This document shows, in pieces, positions 60,883 to 64,000 of a DNA stretch of 64,000 nt. How positions within the stretch are numbered: position 1 is the stretch's first letter; each line of letters begins with the position of its first letter. The notes under the pieces were generated by a model that saw only the letters and a program-made list of their open reading frames with translations, searched no databases and had not been told where the DNA came from. Made by a program: the position numbers and the translations under genes. Source of the DNA: Marsupella aquatica (Eukaryota; Plantae; Marchantiophyta); contig OZ316892.1 of the NCBI GenBank assembly GCA_973895155.1, forward strand, positions 16,730,357 to 16,794,356, read 5' to 3'.

Positions 60883-61461
60883 CTAATGATCCAAACCTAG
60901 TGTCATAGCTAAGTCTTCAAGAGGGACATGGGTATACTCTAAGGGGAGAAGCCTATGTGGAGGCACACTAACACTCATTGCTAGAGATCTATGAGAGATC
61001 ACTCGAGCTTGAGCTTGCTATAACATCACTTAAATCTGCTCAGGAAAGTGCATGGTCAAAATGGATAGTGGTGGTCTGATGGAACCCGCCCATCCATGGA
61101 TGTCACGAGCTGCCTGTCAAAGGAGTCCATCAACATGATGATGGAGTCTCCCAAAGATCTCAATAGCAACGGGAAGGAAGCTTATTAATGACACTGATGC
61201 TGCATGTTTTGCTTCTTTGGTAGTTGTTGCCCATGCTGCTATTGACTACCTGTGTCATTGCTATCCCGGTGATGTCCTGATACAAAGGGTTGGCCACCAC
61301 AGCATTAACGAAGGTCTGTCTGTCATTTCGTACCATAGTAAGATCAATGCGCAATCTATGTGAGCGAGGATAAGGTAAATCAAGCACCACCTCCTATCAT
61401 ATAATTTTATACCAAGCTCCCACAGAGAACTTGAGGAAAAGCATCCCCTCACAGAATCATG
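60883..61461 (-). mobile_element. CRE-clade (restriction-like endonuclease) non-LTR retrotransposon 3' fragment, disrupted
   Basis: Ordered remnants HDSVR, RLRIDL, VNAVVANP, FLPVAIEIFGRLH, QI*VML*QAQARVI (cf. HD.VRD, R.D, DV, F.P.A.ETFG, QR.SV.LQR), ending LAMTLGLDH*. Confidence 0.75.
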
Positions 61462-64000
61462 AACAAATATAGTCTCTCTGTCTGTATTACATTGGAAAAG
61501 TGGACCCTCGGTGTCATCACAAGATGCATGAAATATTGGTTAAATACAAAGAACAAAAACACTCCACAATACAATCATACTCAAAACTCTGATATCCAAA
61601 GACACCATTCACTTTCTCTCTGGGCTATGTGCACTTGTACTTCAATCACGGTGGTCAATAAAAACCTCTGGTCAATGAAACTTTAAATTTAGAAATACGT
61701 AAAAATCTTACTCCACAAAGAGTTGCTTTCTATGCCGTTAGAAAGCAAAAGCACGAGTAATCGAGACCCAGTTTAGAAGAAAAGTACGTGGCCTGGCAGT
61801 ACATAAAATGGCACGGCCTTGTCGAAGTGTTATTGTAACCCCAAATAAACAGCATTGCGGTACATTGACATGGTGGGCAGATTAACTTTTCCTCAGAATC
61901 TGTCGAAAGGCTGCAAAACGTCTCCTTGAACAACAGCAACACGGCCTACAGCAGAGGTTTTGCTAGTCAGCACGAGAAACGTTCCACTTGGGAGTGCGAG
62001 TGCAATAACTTCCATCTGCACTGCAGGAGAAGTCATCAAGTCAATGTCCACACAACATTCAACCTTGGAGCCAGCCTCACATACAGGATGCCCTACGGTG
62101 GTATTTTTTGTTGAACGCTGAGATTCTGAAAGATCCTTCTATGCCATGAATAGTTGAGCCCACCAATTTTGCCTTCATGACTTTCAGGAATTCAGCGGCG
62201 CAAATCGAGTCGAGGTACCATTATGGTGGCAATGATTGTGTCATTGACAGGATTTTTAATACTATTAATAAACCTGAGCTGATTAGGCTACTAGGGTGGA
62301 CTTTTCCACCATTTAGTGTGGGAATCTACAGGACTTCTCGGGTTAAATTGGTCACTTTCGGGAAGTTCTGTGTATTCCGAACACCGTGTTGTGTTTAGAG
62401 TTACAGTACACCCTTCACGGCCATAAGAGGGTGTGTGAAATTAGTGTTACGAATAATAGAAGGAGCATAAAACTTGTTGACCAACTTATTTCATGCCAGG
62501 GCTAAATATTTTCATGCTGGCCCTGGGACACCCACCTTCTTTCCACTGGGCGGATTTTTTGGTTTGAATATGCATACAAAGAGTACTTTAGGTAACATTA
62601 GACTCATTTGCAAAGGTGGTGACTGGTTTAGTGCAAGTTCAACAGAAATATTCAAAAAAGGAACCTATTTGCAAATTTTATTAACCAGACATGACAAGCG
62701 GTTCTTTTTTACTAGGAGTGGCACGATATGAAGAATGCAGTCCACAAGAAGAGACTTGCTCAAAGTTGTTTTTGGCACCCAAATAGATGTAAGCAAGTTT
62801 TCAAAGTTTTCCAACAAAAAGCACATCTAAAGTTTTTCAAAAACAAGCACACCTAAAAGTTATGAGTTTATGGATGAGTCTAGGAGTTCATGGGTGTAGG
62901 CAGAAGTTTGCTTCACCAAAATTAGTGTGACTAATAGTAATAGTAGTGAAGTGTGTAGTTAGTTTGATGGTTGGTCGGAGTTATGATGTGTCTTTTAATT
63001 CATCATGTGTAAACCTCTCCACAATTTGATAAACCTGGTCCTTGGACTATATTTTTTGGTGGTCTCCTCCACTCTCACTGTGTATGCTAAGTGAATGTTT
63101 CATTTTGGTTTAAGAGCATTGTTACTTTGCGTGGTAAGTGCTCATTAGACTAGTGTAGTTCATCGGTCAGTAAAAAATGCTTTCAAAACCAAAAGGAACT
63201 GGAAGCGTATTAATTCTCACTTGGTTATTCAAACATCCTTTATTGACCAGGGCCATGAGGGGCGCCACCCTTTGTGTTTCGTATCATAATTTTTAATTCC
63301 GTTTTCACGGTGTACTAGTAAATCAGTAAATTAAGGAATGTGTGAAGTCCATGATGAATCATCAGTCCTCCTGGTATAACACGATTCTCATTATTCTTCC
63401 GGTAAGTTTCAATCTTGGGGAAAGGATACGAGGCGGGACATTTTGTGTGGGGAGCAAATGGAAGCTAATCCTAGTAGACTGCCAAAAAGGTATTATAATC
63501 CGCTGGAAAGGAGTGAAAAGTGAGAAGACAACCAAAGCTAGTTCCCTACGTCACTTTACTCCTAGGCATGCTGCTCACGTTTTTGGGTTGTAGAAAAGAA
63601 CATTTTTGCCAACCAAATTCACCAGAAAAGGCCAAGATGGAAATTAATTATCTTTACATACCTTGCCTAGACTGTTTGAAATCTGGTCACCTAGTCCTTA
63701 CGACAAAACTTTGATGTATCTTGGTTCTAATAGCACTCTGTGTCATATAGCGTCGTCACTGTTTAAGAATAAAGTTACCTCGTTTCATAGATAAGCGCTA
63801 GGTATGCGATTTGTTTGCAAAGAAGCCAACGGCAATTATAGATGACACGTCTCATGTGTTTGTTGTGCCTAGATTTGGGACCAAAATGCCAGAGATTGTT
63901 TGTCTTGGATGACTAAGCTGTCTTCTTTTAGGGCCCTATGTGGTGCCCTTTGTAATTTTGGTGCTGTATAGGCGTAGTCTAGATTTGGACTTCTGCATCA

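Overview
Eukaryotic land-plant nuclear DNA, probably a bryophyte such as a liverwort (inferred from protein style and gene layout, not proven). It is not prokaryotic, and most ORFs in the supplied track are spurious. The only clearly intact gene is a class III homeodomain-leucine zipper transcription factor (C3HDZ/HD-ZIP III) on the minus strand. I reconstructed 18 coding exons from 17023 to 10414, all with GT-AG introns and consistent phases, giving 2592 nt or 863 aa (HD, LZ, START, MEKHLA). It carries the intron-split miR165/166 site and a long leader with several uORFs. Downstream (1-9200) is an unclassified, probably mobile block with tandem repeats, an orphan 320-aa ORF and an intronless stand-alone SET-domain ORF, the most unusual item here. 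Upstream (19.3-64 kb) is a ~45-kb gene-poor region of decayed L1 LINEs, a CRE-clade fragment, LTR remnants, Helitron-like repeats and MITEs. It is interrupted by CpG-retaining islands that may be regulatory elements or ncRNA promoters, and it contains two notable hairpins. No rRNA, tRNA or CRISPR array was seen. All coordinates were read by hand and TE boundaries are approximate.
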